Shown here one piece after another: positions 27,439 through 40,888 of a stretch of DNA of 64,000 nucleotides (position 1 is its first letter; the number at the start of each line of letters is the position of its first letter). A program made the position numbers and the translations under genes. The stretch lies in the NCBI GenBank assembly GCA_964016885.1, contig OZ024742.1:327732001-327796000 (forward strand), given 5' to 3'. Source of the stretch: Eledone cirrhosa. Lineage: Eukaryota. The notes beneath the pieces are model-generated. The model did no database searches. It was not told the origin of the DNA and worked only from the letters and a program-made list of their open reading frames with translations.

Positions 27439-27731
27439 TGAGCTATACATTTCATATCTCTTTCAGCTGTAAAGATATATGTCCGTTGAAGAGCTGCCTA
27501 AATAATATAAGTTATACTAATCTGGTTACAAGTGATTTCCATATGAAATTAATGTCAAACCTTCCGAACGTTATCTCAACATTTTGATCTTTACATATAT
27601 TTATCATTTGGCAGAGACCAGTACTATGTACCGTCGCACACAGACACATCTACATATGCACATCTTCATAAGGATTGCCATATATCACTCATTATCGCTC
27701 TTTATCTCACGCTTTTTCCCATCTATTTCAT

Positions 27732-27793
<62 letters not shown>

Positions 27794-28619
27794 GTGTATA
27801 AATGTATACATATATGTATTTATATACGTGTGTGTGCGTGTGAGTATGCGTATGTGTGTGAGAGATGCATTATGATATATACACAAAAATAAAGGCGAGG
27901 CTTCACATATTAATATGTCATATATTATTAACAACAATGATATTGTTATCCGAGATTTTCTTCCTTGAATATTTGGTGGCGATAATGAACTCTGTATGTA
28001 TATGTTTCTTCTTTATAACAGGGATAGTGATGGTGGGTGCATAATGAAAACAATTGTTATGGCTATTCTGATGATGATGGTGATTAACTTTAGCGTGCCA
28101 TTTCCGTTTTGTAATCATAGGCGTTTAACGATGAGACGGCTTGCGGTAGTTTCTCGCCCAAACAACCACCAAACCACCACGCTTTCCCCAGCTCAAAATC
28201 ATGATAGGGCTTGCGGTAGTTTCCCGCCCAAACAACCACCAAACCACGCGCTCTCTCTCTCCCCCTCAAAAGCAAAATTCCGTGCATTTTAAATAAACAT
28301 ATCGTTATAATAGAATCACTAAAAACGTTGTTATTTCAAACATCAAACAGAGAAAGAAAGCGATTGTCTGGCTCGCAATAATTGCTAAATCATAAATGAT
28401 TAAATTGTCTTCCGTTTGTATAATAATAATAACAATAATATTAATAATGATGATGATGATGATGATGACAATAATGAGGAAGATGATGGTGATGATGATG
28501 ATGCGGCGAAGGAGGGGGAGGAGATAAAGGTAGAGTAGTAGGAGGATTAGCATGATGGTGATGCTATTATTAATAACGGCTTCTTTATTGGCCACAACGA
28601 CAACGACGATGACGACGAC

Positions 28620-28650
<31 letters not shown>

Positions 28651-28665
28651 GGGATGATGATAATG

Positions 28666-28702
<37 letters not shown>

Positions 28703-28872
28703 GGGATGAAAACATTAGAAGTCCTTCAAATAGGTTTCGTGTGTCGAAATGTCAAACTGATGAAATATTCCATAAGCACTTTATGGTGAAATGATGTACT
28801 GTGACCTATAGAATGATTTGGAGCTGGCGCCAGTGTTCATATCGGCATTGGTACATCATTTCATTTATGAAG

Positions 28873-29505
28873 GTGCCTGGCTTATTAGTCAGGATGTTTG
28901 GATCACAATCGTAATGTCATGAGTTCTAACCACGGCAGCATGTTGTAAACTTGAGTAAGACATTCTATTTCAAGTTGCTATAGTCCATTCAGCTGGCAAA
29001 AATGATTTTACATCTAATGCAAAGAGCCATACCTGTCTAATACTGTATCACGTTGAATTTTCATCAAAACTACGTTAAGTGTACACTTTTCTCAGGAACG
29101 CTCAACCACTAAATATATAATTGTTTCTACTTTTGGCACAAGGCCAGCAATCACCCCAGTGCATTACTGGTACTTTATTTTATCGACCCCGTAAGGATGA
29201 AAGGCAAAGTTAACTTCGGCGGGATTTGAACTCAGACCGTAAAGGTGCGTAACTCTATGCTGAAAAGCATGATGTCCGACCCTCTAACGATACTGCCAAT
29301 CCACCACCCTAAATATATAATACAAGAAGAAGTGTACCTGTAATTCAAAGAGCCAGCCTTATTAGGCACTGTGGCTTCTAAGAACTACGTTAAAGGTACA
29401 TGTGTCCGTGGAATGCTTAGCCACTTACATGTTAGTTTTAAAAGCAAACGTTTTCCGATGCTCAAAGAACTGGAACTAATGCCATCGGAGCCAGAGCGTA
29501 GCCAA
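28873..29505 (+). mobile_element. SINE family 2 remnants with a nested SINE family 1
   Basis: Head at 28873. Tail segments (AACTACGTTAA(A)GGTACA...CTCAGCCACTT-like) at ~29070 and ~29380, also at ~20010. Confidence 0.5.
29122..29309 (-). mobile_element. SINE family 1, full length with TSD
   Basis: 13-bp TSD CTAAATATATAAT at 29109-29121 and 29309-29321. Confidence 0.85.
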
Positions 29506-31764
29506 CACATACCCCACAGTCGCTCACACACATATCATCACCCCCAACAACGAATTATTCATGATCGAGGAATTCCCAAGTTTGACAATAGCTTTATCCT
29601 ATTTCGATTTTTGTTTTGTTTTTACATCATTAACTGCCCTTTATTTATTTCTTCTTAACTTATTGGAAAAATAAGGAAAAGAAAGGTGTTGATCACCAGA
29701 TCAAACCAAGTAAACTAGGCTTCCATTGGTCTTTTCATTTCTGGTATTTGACGATCATAATTCTTGGCAGAATGTGGCGGGATTTGAACAAAAGGAAACA
29801 TCAAGATTAAATGCCGTAAAGTAACCTGACCAACTCTTTAATAATTCCGTAAATTCATCGCCCATGGACTGCTGTTTTATGTATCAACCCCGAAAAAGAT
29901 GATAAGTAAACTTGGTCTCGGTTGAATTTGAACATGGATCGCAGAGCGCTTGATCAACAATATCGACGCTCTAACGATTCAGCCAATTCACTGTCTAAAA
30001 CAAGTGTATTTTATCATGTAAGTATTAATATACCTTGCACGAACGTCTATCCTATGAATGTGAGAATCTTTTGTGTTACACCCTCAATTTTTCCTTTTAC
30101 ATCCATGGTGATGTATAGTTGGAACGTTGAACGAGATAAATTGCTGCATTTGTGCCGGCTTTTTACGTTCAGAGTCTAAATCCCTCTGCGACATACTAGG
30201 GTGGTAGACTTAACCAGTTGTTTAGTTTAACATGACCTGACGTCGCTCTTGAGTGTCTTTAGTGGAGTCAATTCTGTAGCAAACCTTTGGGTCAGATCTC
30301 TGGTTTGAGTATATTTTCTTACCTCCCTTTCCTTTCCCATCAGAATCGATGATCCTGAGAAAGGTCAAAAGGACTTTTCTTCCCTCCCTGAGTAATTAAT
30401 CTAAATAAGTAAATACATAATTGATTTTCATTTGTATATACTCGATGGAGAGCAAAGCCGGTAAAGACCCTTTAGTCATTGAGATGTTTTACTTGTCTCA
30501 ATCTATAGAATTTTCTATTAAGGTTTGCTTTGATGTTTTTCTGGCATCAACGTCCCTTTCACTTCGCTCTTGATATTACTAAGGTCTCTCAATCCCCAGT
30601 GAAATGTGGTTTCTACAAGATATCATACATATCAGTAATTCTCTGCCTTCGGTCTGTAAAGGTAAGACTGTAAGTTAGGATCAAAATTTGAAGGTCATTC
30701 TTGAAAACTTAATACACACACTTTGGCTATCTATTTTTCTCTAAGTATAAATATTTCCTTCTTGTGATATTAAGTATCATGATCAGTGAAGTGACTCTGT
30801 GAGAAGTTCGACGTGGAATGGTACTAATTACACTTCTTTAAGAAAATATTGATTACTCATACATATATTTAAATCACTTTGTGCGATATTTTCCAATTGT
30901 TCAAGTGAAACTGTTGTTAATAAGAACCAGCAGTTCAGATTTACTACAATAGTTTTCTATAACACATATATCCGGAATGAATGAGTTAACTGTAATATGT
31001 GACGTAAATTGAAGCAAATTCAGTGATTGAAACGTATATCAATAATAACGTTTTCCACTCTGACAAATGTTAATGCATTGTCTCAGACGTCGATCAGAGG
31101 TTATCATATTTCATCTCAGAACATATCTATATGACGTAGATCATTTTTCTATTGGGAATTTAAAGATAATAACAATAACAAAATGCTAATACTTAACAAA
31201 AGTAGCAGAGAATTTGGCTAATTTCGTTATAGGTTTTATTTTCGTACTACTGTTCTGCAGTATTTGCTCTAAGTTGTTTTATTTATTAAATTCCTGAGTT
31301 CAAATCTTGTCGGGCTCAACGTTGTTTTTTATAATTCTGGGGGCCATAGAATAAAAGAGGATCCCAGAGTAGTGAATGAGTGTAATTGCTAGAGCGTTAG
31401 ACAAAATGCTTCGCGATAGTTTATCCAAATCTAGACGTTCCGGGCACCATTGTGAACTTATCTGTATCTAGCCGACTAACTCTTGTTTTGTAAAATATAC
31501 CCGCCTATTGTATATATAGCAAATATATAGATCAAAATATATTATATTGATCTCATTATACCATCATAAAAGCTCAATGAAAAGTAAAACCTAAAAAATC
31601 GAAACTTCAGAGCATAATTTACACAATTTTATTAAGGTATATATTTATATTTAGCAAAACAAAAGATAGTAAAAAAGAAAAAAATGCAAGCACAAATATA
31701 TTTAATAGCGAACGTAATTTTATTTAAATTATAATTAGTAAACCCCATTATATGCTTATATCAT

Positions 31765-32000
31765 GGTTTGTCCCACTGACAAAAAGTTTGTGAGAAAGAA
31801 TTGGAGGAGGTTGAGAGATACGAACCACTAACATAGAAGATAAAACAAAGGTTAAGATGATCCCAGTTGTAGCCGAGGTACTTGATACTGTGAGGACCAG
31901 AATTGAAAGCTAATTAAAAGTAATTGGTGCCAATATACATGTGGCGCCCTTACATAAAACAAACAACTTCTGCACGGTTGCTTCTGACAGGACTCACTAG
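31765..32000 (+). pseudogene. Old R4/Dong-like RLE 3' fragment
   Basis: Broken translation CP.DK...KELEEVERYEPL...KVKMIPVVAEVLDTV...LKVIG...LHKT resembles the RLE C-terminus. Confidence 0.45.
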
Positions 32001-32196
32001 AAGGAGTGTTTGAGGAGTCTTCCCCCACGACCCCTTTAGGAATAAGTAGGCAAAGAAGACGAAGAAGAGAAGGATCTAGATATATTTCTCTTCTACAGGA
32101 ATAGAATTGTTTGATTCCTTTGAAATCACCAGGAAAATCCCCTTTTACAAGACTATTTAATTCATACAGACATTATTAGAAAGCTCTCTGATATTG

Positions 32197-32230
<34 letters not shown>

Positions 32231-32432
32231 TGTATGTATGTATGTATGTATGTATGTATGTATGTGTGTGTATGTATGCATGTATGCATGTATGTATCTA
32301 TGTGCGTGTGTGTTTGCATGAATGTATGCCTTCACCTTTGAATTTGTCACTATATGTGTACGACTAAGGGAAATCATCTATACATGTATGCATGTGTGTT
32401 TATGTGTGTGTGTGTGTGTGCATATGTGTGTG

Positions 32433-32502
<70 letters not shown>

Positions 32503-33004
32503 GCATGCATGCGTTTGTTTTTGTATGTGATTAGACACTCAATTCGATATATCAGCGCTGGTTGATAAAAGTTGATTGATTGATGCTATTGTTTCCGTTA
32601 TAAGCCTTCTGCCATCTATCGTTACTTTAATACTACTGACCTCTTCATAAGTCTCCTGCCAACTGGGTGACCATCTACTCGATAACATCTCATAGAAGAC
32701 AATACGGTCAAATCAGAAGTGGCTGGATTTAACAATGGCATTCTACGTTATGAGTCAAGTGGGACAATGGACAATAGTGTAAGGAGATATATTGTCTGGT
32801 TATCTGGTGCAATGTCTTCTGAAGTATAGCTTTCTCGTTCTGAAACATATATAACAATGTTGAGAAAATATTTATAATATATATATATATTTATATATAC
32901 ATATGTGAGTGTTTGTGTGTGTGCATGACTAAGTAACTGTCTATCTACCAATGTACTTACCTACCTACCTACCTACCTTCCTACCTACCTATCTACCTAC
33001 CTAC

Positions 33005-33045
<41 letters not shown>

Positions 33046-33491
33046 AAGAGGTTGTATGGTGGACAAGGTTGAAAGGGCTGAGGTCAGACACCTTTCTCTC
33101 CGGCCAACAACTGATTCTTTTTTTCAAATACCACTTTGGAAGAAGAATCAGGATGGAGAGAGAGGTGCTGTACCCCAGCAAGTTTTATGAAAGGTGGGTG
33201 AAAGTGGCGAGAATGGCCCGAGTGAATGGGCCTTCTCTCTATATCAGCCTGTAGATTGAGGAAAAGGAGGAGGAGAGGAAAGGAGTACAAGCTCTTCGTA
33301 CTCCTGGAGATGAGGGTTGCACATTTTTTTCGGGGGTATGTGTTACCCATATAAACTGTCTCCCTCTATTGGGGAAAATCGACTAACTTTTAAATTCCAT
33401 CTGTGATAACATTTTACACGTTTTTATTGTATGTAAACTTCCCCCTTTGTATTTGTCCCCTTCTTTTGTGCCCCTGTGGCTAATAAAGAAA
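33046..33491 (+). mobile_element. Tx1/L1-clade LINE, 5'-truncated copy in (TATC)n
   Basis: KGLRSDTFLSGQQL...RVNGPSLYISL matches the ORF2 C-terminus at 54556. Shared 3' UTR ending AATAAAGAAA; (CTAT)n on both sides. Confidence 0.9.
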
Positions 33492-33493
33492 TA

Positions 33494-33575
<82 letters not shown>

Positions 33576-33776
33576 GATAGATAGCTAACTGTTTATTGAA
33601 CTACCTACTTACCAGTCTATCAATCTGTCTGTTTGGAAGTTTATCTAAAGCTACCTATTTATGTATATTTACCAGGTGTATCTTCGGACAAGGACAACAA
33701 ACAATAACAAGAACAAATCACAAACCCAATAACTGCCGGACAATATATAGATACATATTTAAAACAGAGGCCTATT

Positions 33777-35503
33777 CACAGTGTAAAATATTTTTTGTTC
33801 CCCGGTTCTAAGTGTCATATCATGGTTTGTTATATCCCATTATTATTAAAAAAACACTATTATTTAATCAGAAGTTTGGGTTTGTGGTCAGGAGTTTGAT
33901 ATTTCGAAATTTTCATAGTTTTCAAGAAAAAACACATTTAAAAAAAATTTATCAGTTCATATAATTAAATCAACAAAGTATATATTTATTTTATTACACA
34001 AGCTTATCAAAAGCAAACAAGTAAAAACAAATATAGCAACTTATACACGCCAGAAATGACTGGATTTCCTGGATTTGCGGTTATAGTCCAGTTCACATTC
34101 CCGCACTAGCCCCCAGATATAGTCCCCCATCATTTTTTCATTGTAGTTGCCCTGGTACCTCCGATCTATCTCTTTCACATCTTGGTGGAATCGTTCGCCT
34201 TGTTCTTCTGAGTAGGCGCCCATATTGTCCTTGACATTTTCCAGGTGAGCGTCCAGCATATGGAGTTTAAGCGACATACTGCATCCCATGGCACCAAAAG
34301 CCTTTATCAGATCCTGCACCAGTTGATGGTAGTTTTCATCTCTGTAGTTGCCCAGAAAGCCCTTAACAACTGCCTTGAAACAGTTCCATGCTGTTCTCTC
34401 AATCCTATTGAGCTTATTGGAGAACTCGGTAGACTCAAACACCTTCTTTATCTGAGGTCCAACAAAAATTCCACCTTTGATTTTGGTCTCAGATAACTTG
34501 GGGAAGAACTCAAGAAGGTACTTAAAAGCGACTGATTCTTGGTTGAGAGCCTTCACAAACTGCTTCATCAACCCCAAATTAATGTGCAGTGGCGGCATGA
34601 TCACAATCCTGGGATCAACCAGTGGCTCCCACATGACGTTCCGGGTCCCAACTACAAATTCTGTTCGCTGCTCCCAGTTCTTTCATTTGTAGTGGTCAGA
34701 GGTGGCTCTGCTGTCCCAAGAGCAGATGAAGCATTGGAATTTGATGAAGCCTCCTTGGAGTCCAAGCAGGAAAGCCACATCTTGAAGTCTCCAATGATTT
34801 CCCAATTGTACTGGTTGTATTGAAGAGCTTCCAAGAGGACTTTCACACTGTAGTAATCTTCCTTCAGGCAGACTGAATGAGCTAGGAGCAGTGTCGGGAA
34901 CTTGTTTTCATTGTGGAGGAGGACAGCCTTCAAACTTGTGGTGGAGCTGTCTATAAATAGTCGCCACTCCTTGGGCACAAACGACACACCAATAACGTCA
35001 AACAGTCCAGGCACGTCATGGCAGAAGCAGAGGCCATCCCTAAGAGTGTAAAAGCCTGAGAAAGGTTCGTGTCGACTTCTCTGACTTGTCACCTGCACTT
35101 CCTCCTTGACCAAGTTCCACTGCTTCATCCTGGAGTCGAATGCTTAAAACACAACTTACCCTTTATTCAGGGTGCGAAAACCCAGTATCAATAAATCTCT
35201 TTAATCCACTTTTTAACAATTTTATACTTTATTGCACTTTTATAATTTTCTTTAGGTCTTACTCCTTATTTTATAATTTTAATTTAATCTGAGACATATT
35301 TTTAAAAAATAATTTAACATAAGCAAATTAAACTTACATACAACATAAAATCCAGCATACAAATAATTCAAGTGAATAGCTTAGAATTTTTACAAACCCA
35401 AACTTTTAACTATTTAATAGCACTTTTTTTTATTTACCTAAGCAACACAAAAAAAGTGATTACAAGCCAGGAACAGAGAAATAAACATTTGTGTTACATG
35501 GTG
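33777..35503 (-). mobile_element. Chapaev3-like (CMC/EnSpm group) DNA transposon, internally deleted
   Basis: Imperfect termini CACAGTGTAA...TTACATGGTG with subterminal TTGTTCC / GGAACA; transposase remnants inside. Confidence 0.75.
34041..35135 (-). pseudogene. Chapaev3-like transposase, frameshifted, N-terminus missing
   Basis: EWRLFIDSS..SLKAVLLHN, GDFKM, PPLHINLGLMKQFVKAL, MGCSMSLKLH and SEEQGERFHQD motifs split across ORFs 34652-35128 and 34041-34634. Confidence 0.85.
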
Positions 35504-35679
35504 TTTAATGGATCTACGTTTGATAAGATTTACAAAAAATATAACAGAAATTGGTTTAAATGAATAAAAAAAATTAAATTCGGCAATGGCCAGCGAGACT
35601 AGGTTTAAAAAGTCATTAGAGAGAATTTTGTAATCAAGGAACCATTAAATTAAATATTTTTCTGACGTGTAATATTATA

Positions 35680-35757
<78 letters not shown>

Positions 35758-35873
35758 TTATATATATATTCAAACATATACATTATATACATTTATACAC
35801 ACGCGTATACACAAACTCACATTCATATACATATATACGTGCACGCATATATATATATCTATCTATCTATCTA

Positions 35874-35945
<72 letters not shown>

Positions 35946-36309
35946 AGTACGTGCATGCGTGTGTGTGTGTGTGTGTGTGTGTCCGTCTGTGTGAGTCTGT
36001 ATAATGTCTGTGTGTCTGTCTGAATGCACAGTTGTAATCATCTTGTGGGTGTGTTGCACACCAATAAATAGCCAGATGACGTTAATCAACCACCATAGGT
36101 CAAGAAAGTGATGGATGCTTTCTTACATTACACGAATCTAGGTCTTCTTCCCTTCTAACTAGCCATATCCTCTTAGTGGAAGTTCGTTGAAACATTCGTA
36201 AAGCAATGCACCCGACAATCAAATATGACACCCTTTTCTGACCAATTTGTTTCAATTGTCGCTCAGCAAGACAACCACAAATATCTTCCTATTGTCAATC
36301 AATCAATAA

Positions 36310-36385
<76 letters not shown>

Positions 36386-36390
36386 GTCTG

Positions 36391-36456
<66 letters not shown>

Positions 36457-36458
36457 AA

Positions 36459-37535
36459 GCACCTCCACGTATTCCTCACCAGACAACCGGTGTGGGCCCC
36501 GTTCGTGAGGCGAGCCTTCCCACGACTCGTCTCGCTGACCGAGCTGCAGTCCTGGGTCAAGCAAAGACCGAGGAAAAAGGGTGACTGGCACATCGAATAT
36601 GCTCAGGCGCTCACAGTCCTTTGGCAAACGGACCCGGTGATCAGTGGAGACTACGCTTCGACATTCTATAGAGGGTTGGTCCGCAGCAAGTGCGACGACG
36701 CGCTCGGAGAAACTCTAGGCGTAGAGGAGGACGAACTGGCCAGTCTGTTCGGTAGGACCTTCCGCCCGGGACCAATGGACAACTTCCAAAAGTCCCTGGC
36801 CTGGCAGTGATACCGAGGAGCTCTACCAGTTCGAGACAAGCTCTACAGACACGGGCGCCCGGTAGGGACCCTTCGAAAAAGATCTGTCCGAGATGCGTGC
36901 GCGACGAGGAAACCGTCGCACACGCATTTGTACACTGCCCGGGCGTTACCGATCTGTGGGGCTATGTAGAACGACTATTGTCGCGGGTGGTGGGACCAAT
37001 CCAGTTGACCACCGAGTCGATTTTCATGATCAAACCGCCACCTCCTTCAAAAACGAGGGAGAGGCGGTTTTCCTATGTGTTATGGCCATGGTGAAAGAGG
37101 TTATATGGTAGACGAGGTTAAAAGGGCTGAGGTCAGACACCTTTCTCTCCGGCAAGCAAGTGATTCGTTTTTTTCAAATATCATTTTGGAAGAAGAATCA
37201 GGATGGAGAGAGAGAGGTGCTGTACCCCAGCAAATTTTATAAAAGGTGGGTGAATGTGGCAAAGATGGCCCGAGTGGTTGGGCCTTCTCTCTATATAAGC
37301 CTGTAGGTTGAGGAAAAAGAGGAAGAGAGGAAGGGAGTACTTACTCTTGGTGCTCCTGGAGATGAGGGTTGTACATTTTTTCGGGGTGTGTACAACCCCT
37401 GTGTAACACCTCCCCTTATTGGGGATTTCAATTGTTATTTGTTATTGTATTAATAGTTTTATTTTCATATACCTGTATGTAAACCCCCATTTGTATTTGT
37501 CCCCTTCTTTTGTGCCCTTGTGGCTAATAAAGAAA
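36459..37535 (+). mobile_element. Tx1/L1-clade LINE, 5'-truncated copy in (TATC)n
   Basis: ORFs 36490, 36807 and 36893 align to the ORF2 C-terminus (RLVSLTELQSWVKQRPRK; CPRC...ETVAHAFVHC). Preceded by (TATC)n at 36311-36456. Confidence 0.92.
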
Positions 37536-37628
37536 TTTACCTATCTATCAAGCCTTTATTAATGTTAAAGTTTACACAACGTTCATAGTGCGCCCTTGTG
37601 GGAAATAAAGAAACATATCTATCTATCT

Positions 37629-38596
37629 GGCACCTCAAGTGCCTTCAGGTGCTCACAGCTCTCTACCAAGCGGAAACGGCAATCAGCGGAGACTCCACTT
37701 CGACATTCTATAGGGGATTAGTGAAGGATAAGTGCGACGACTTTCTCGGGGAAACTCTAGGCATCGAAGAAGACAAACTGACCAGTCTGTTCGGGAGGAC
37801 TTTCCGTCCAGAGCCTATGAATAATTTCCAGAGGTCTCTGGCCTGGCAGCTACCGAGGAGCTCTACCAGTTCGAGACAAAATCTACAGACACGGGCGCCC
37901 TGGCAGAGATCCTGCTAATAGAACCTGTCCAAAATGCGAGCAAGACATCGAAACTGTTCTGCACGCAATTGTTCAGTGCCCAGGAGTGACCGACCTCTGG
38001 AAATATGTCGAACAGCTACTGTCACGTGTGGGACGCATCCAGTTGTCAGCCGAGTCCACCGTGAGGATCAACCCACCGCCTTCATTTAAGAATGAAGTAG
38101 AGGCAGTTTTCCTCTGTCTGGTGGCTATGGTGAAAGAGGTAATATGGTGGACGAGGTTAAAAGGACTGAGGGCAAGCACCTTTCTCTCCGGACAACAACT
38201 CATCCCCTTCTTTAAGTACCACTTTAGAAGGAAGTTGAGAGTGGAGAGAGCGGTGCTACACGCCAGTAAATTCGCTAGAAGGTGGGTGAATGTGGCGAAA
38301 ATGGCCCGAGTGAATGGGCCTTCTCTGTATATAATCCTGTAGATTGAGGAAGATAAACAGAGGGAAGACTGGAACACCTACAACACGTGTTCCTGGTGTT
38401 GAGGGTTGTTCTATCCACGGGGTGTAAAACATCCCTGCAGTAATGTTCCCCCCTATTAGGGATTTCAATTGTTATTTTATTATATATAGTTTATTGTTAT
38501 TTATTAATGGTAAAGTTATATGATTTTTATGTAAAACCCCCGCCGTCACGTCTTGTAATGTCCCATTTTTGTACGCCCCTGTGGCAAATAAAGAAA
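37629..38596 (+). mobile_element. Tx1/L1-clade LINE, 5'-truncated, more diverged subfamily
   Basis: ORFs 37598 and 37986 match the ORF2 C-terminus. Preceded by TATCTATCTATCT and an even shorter 3' end (~37590-37615); followed by (TC)n then (TATC)n. Confidence 0.9.
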
Positions 38597-38601
38597 GATC
38601 T

Positions 38602-38703
<102 letters not shown>

Positions 38704-38946
38704 ATCTATCTATCTCTTTATCTATATGTCTGTCTGTTTTCTCTCTGCATATCTATTAATACTTTCATTCACATACATTTCAATATCAATAACGTTGACA
38801 AAATATATAAAATGGATACACAGAAGTTATATAATTGACTCTTAACAAGTGCAGATTCCTTGCCACATGTACACAAATACCCTCGCATACATGCACACGC
38901 ACACACAATCAAACACAAAAATACACACACACACACACATATATAC

Positions 38947-38989
<43 letters not shown>

Positions 38990-39022
38990 TATGTATATAT
39001 GTATATATATATATACATATAC

Positions 39023-39061
<39 letters not shown>

Positions 39062-39062
39062 C

Positions 39063-39183
<121 letters not shown>

Positions 39184-39307
39184 CATAAATATATGATCCG
39201 TTTTATGTATGATGATTTTTATGGAACTGTCTCTAGAGGTCGCTCTGCATGCGGTGATTCTTTTATTTCTTACATACATATCCAGAACAGTCTGGCTATA
39301 TATGTGT

Positions 39308-39426
<119 letters not shown>

Positions 39427-39450
39427 TATATATATATATGTATATATGTA

Positions 39451-39498
<48 letters not shown>

Positions 39499-39645
39499 CT
39501 CTCAGGAACATGCAGAGTCAGATTTATTGAGATTAAAATCACTGAATTGTTTTAGTTAGTACTTGAACCAAAGTAAGAGATAAGGCTGGGAGTCAGATCA
39601 ATCAATCACACACTCGCACAAAACACACTTGCCGTCACTCAGACT

Positions 39646-39677
<32 letters not shown>

Positions 39678-39749
39678 TGTATGTATGTATGTATGTATGT
39701 ATGTATGTATGTATGTATGTATGTATGTATGTATGTATGTATGTATGTA

Positions 39750-40340
39750 CATGGGACAGGTTGTACTGTATCCCAGTACAACCTGTCCCATGGTCGGGTC
39801 GTTGGCGACTAAACTGGCAACCCCACCAAGGTTTCTTGGTGAGGAGGGTGACTTTGGAGATCCTGCAGGACTAAAAACAAAACCTGTCAGAGGGCAAAGG
39901 AGCTCTTAAGAGTCAATGGCCATCCAAAATCACCGGGAGAGATGACCCCTTAGCCTTTGTCAAGGCAGAATTCTAGAAGGAAAACTCTGATATAACACCT
40001 GCAACCCTGATGGTATCCAATGATGTTGACTTGTTCTTCCCTTTGGTAAATATCATCTTGGTTAAGAGAAGAGAGTGGGACTGGCTTTGTGCAGTGCCTC
40101 ACTATAAAAGCTTCACGGCACAGGCATTGCTTTATATCTGGAGATCTCTCTGCACTTGTTGTCACATGGTACCATGGGTCCAACACTATGTGTCAATAAT
40201 TGTCACAAGTGTAGTGTTTGTACCAGAGTTTTCAAGTCGGTGGCTGGACTAAAAAGTCACACTCGTTCAGCGCATCGGTAGGGGTTCTCCTACATGGATA
40301 TAAAGTAGTGGCCGTACTCTAAAACGAGTTGGCAGCCACC
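39750..40340 (+). mobile_element. Non-autonomous RTE-like retroposon with (ATGT)n tail
   Basis: Homologous to 40430-40876 (AAAACCTG.CA.AGGGC...GAGTCAA..GCCATCCAAAA; GAAGGAAAACTC). Ends GCAGCCACC(ATGT)n. The RTE link rests on recalled similarity to RTE 5' UTRs and is unverified. Confidence 0.55.
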
Positions 40341-40429
40341 ATGTATGTATGTATGTATGTAGGTATGTATGTATGTATGTATGTATGTATGTATGTATGT
40401 ATGTATGTATGTATGTATGTATGTACGTA

Positions 40430-40876
40430 TGGGAGGTGATTTTGGACACCCTGCAAAACAAAAAACAAAACCTGACAAAGGGCGGAAGGACTCATAAGAG
40501 TCAACAGCCATCCAAAAATGTGTAAATATGTATATACACATGTACATATGTATATACATGGGTGCATGTGTATGTATATGCGCGGGGACATAGAAATAGT
40601 CGGGCTGGATACCCGATCGCGCGGTTAAACAACTGGGAGTGAAGGACCTCTAGCCCTTGTCAGGGTATTCTTCTAGGAGAAGGAAACTCAGGAAACTGGG
40701 ATAACTCCGATATAAAACCTGCAGCTCAGTAGTTACCGATGATGTTGATCTCTTCTTCTTTTCAGGTTATAGCTACTGTCGCTCAGAGAGTGGGATTGGC
40801 TCAGTGCACAGTCTTTCCTCACTTTAAAAAATATCTTCATGCATAGTCCATACTCGATAACGAGGGGGCAGCCATC
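40430..40876 (+). mobile_element. Second, 5'-truncated copy of the RTE-like non-autonomous element
   Basis: Same blocks as the 39750 copy; ends GCAGCCATC(ATGT)n. Confidence 0.55.
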
Positions 40877-40888
40877 ATGTATGTATGT

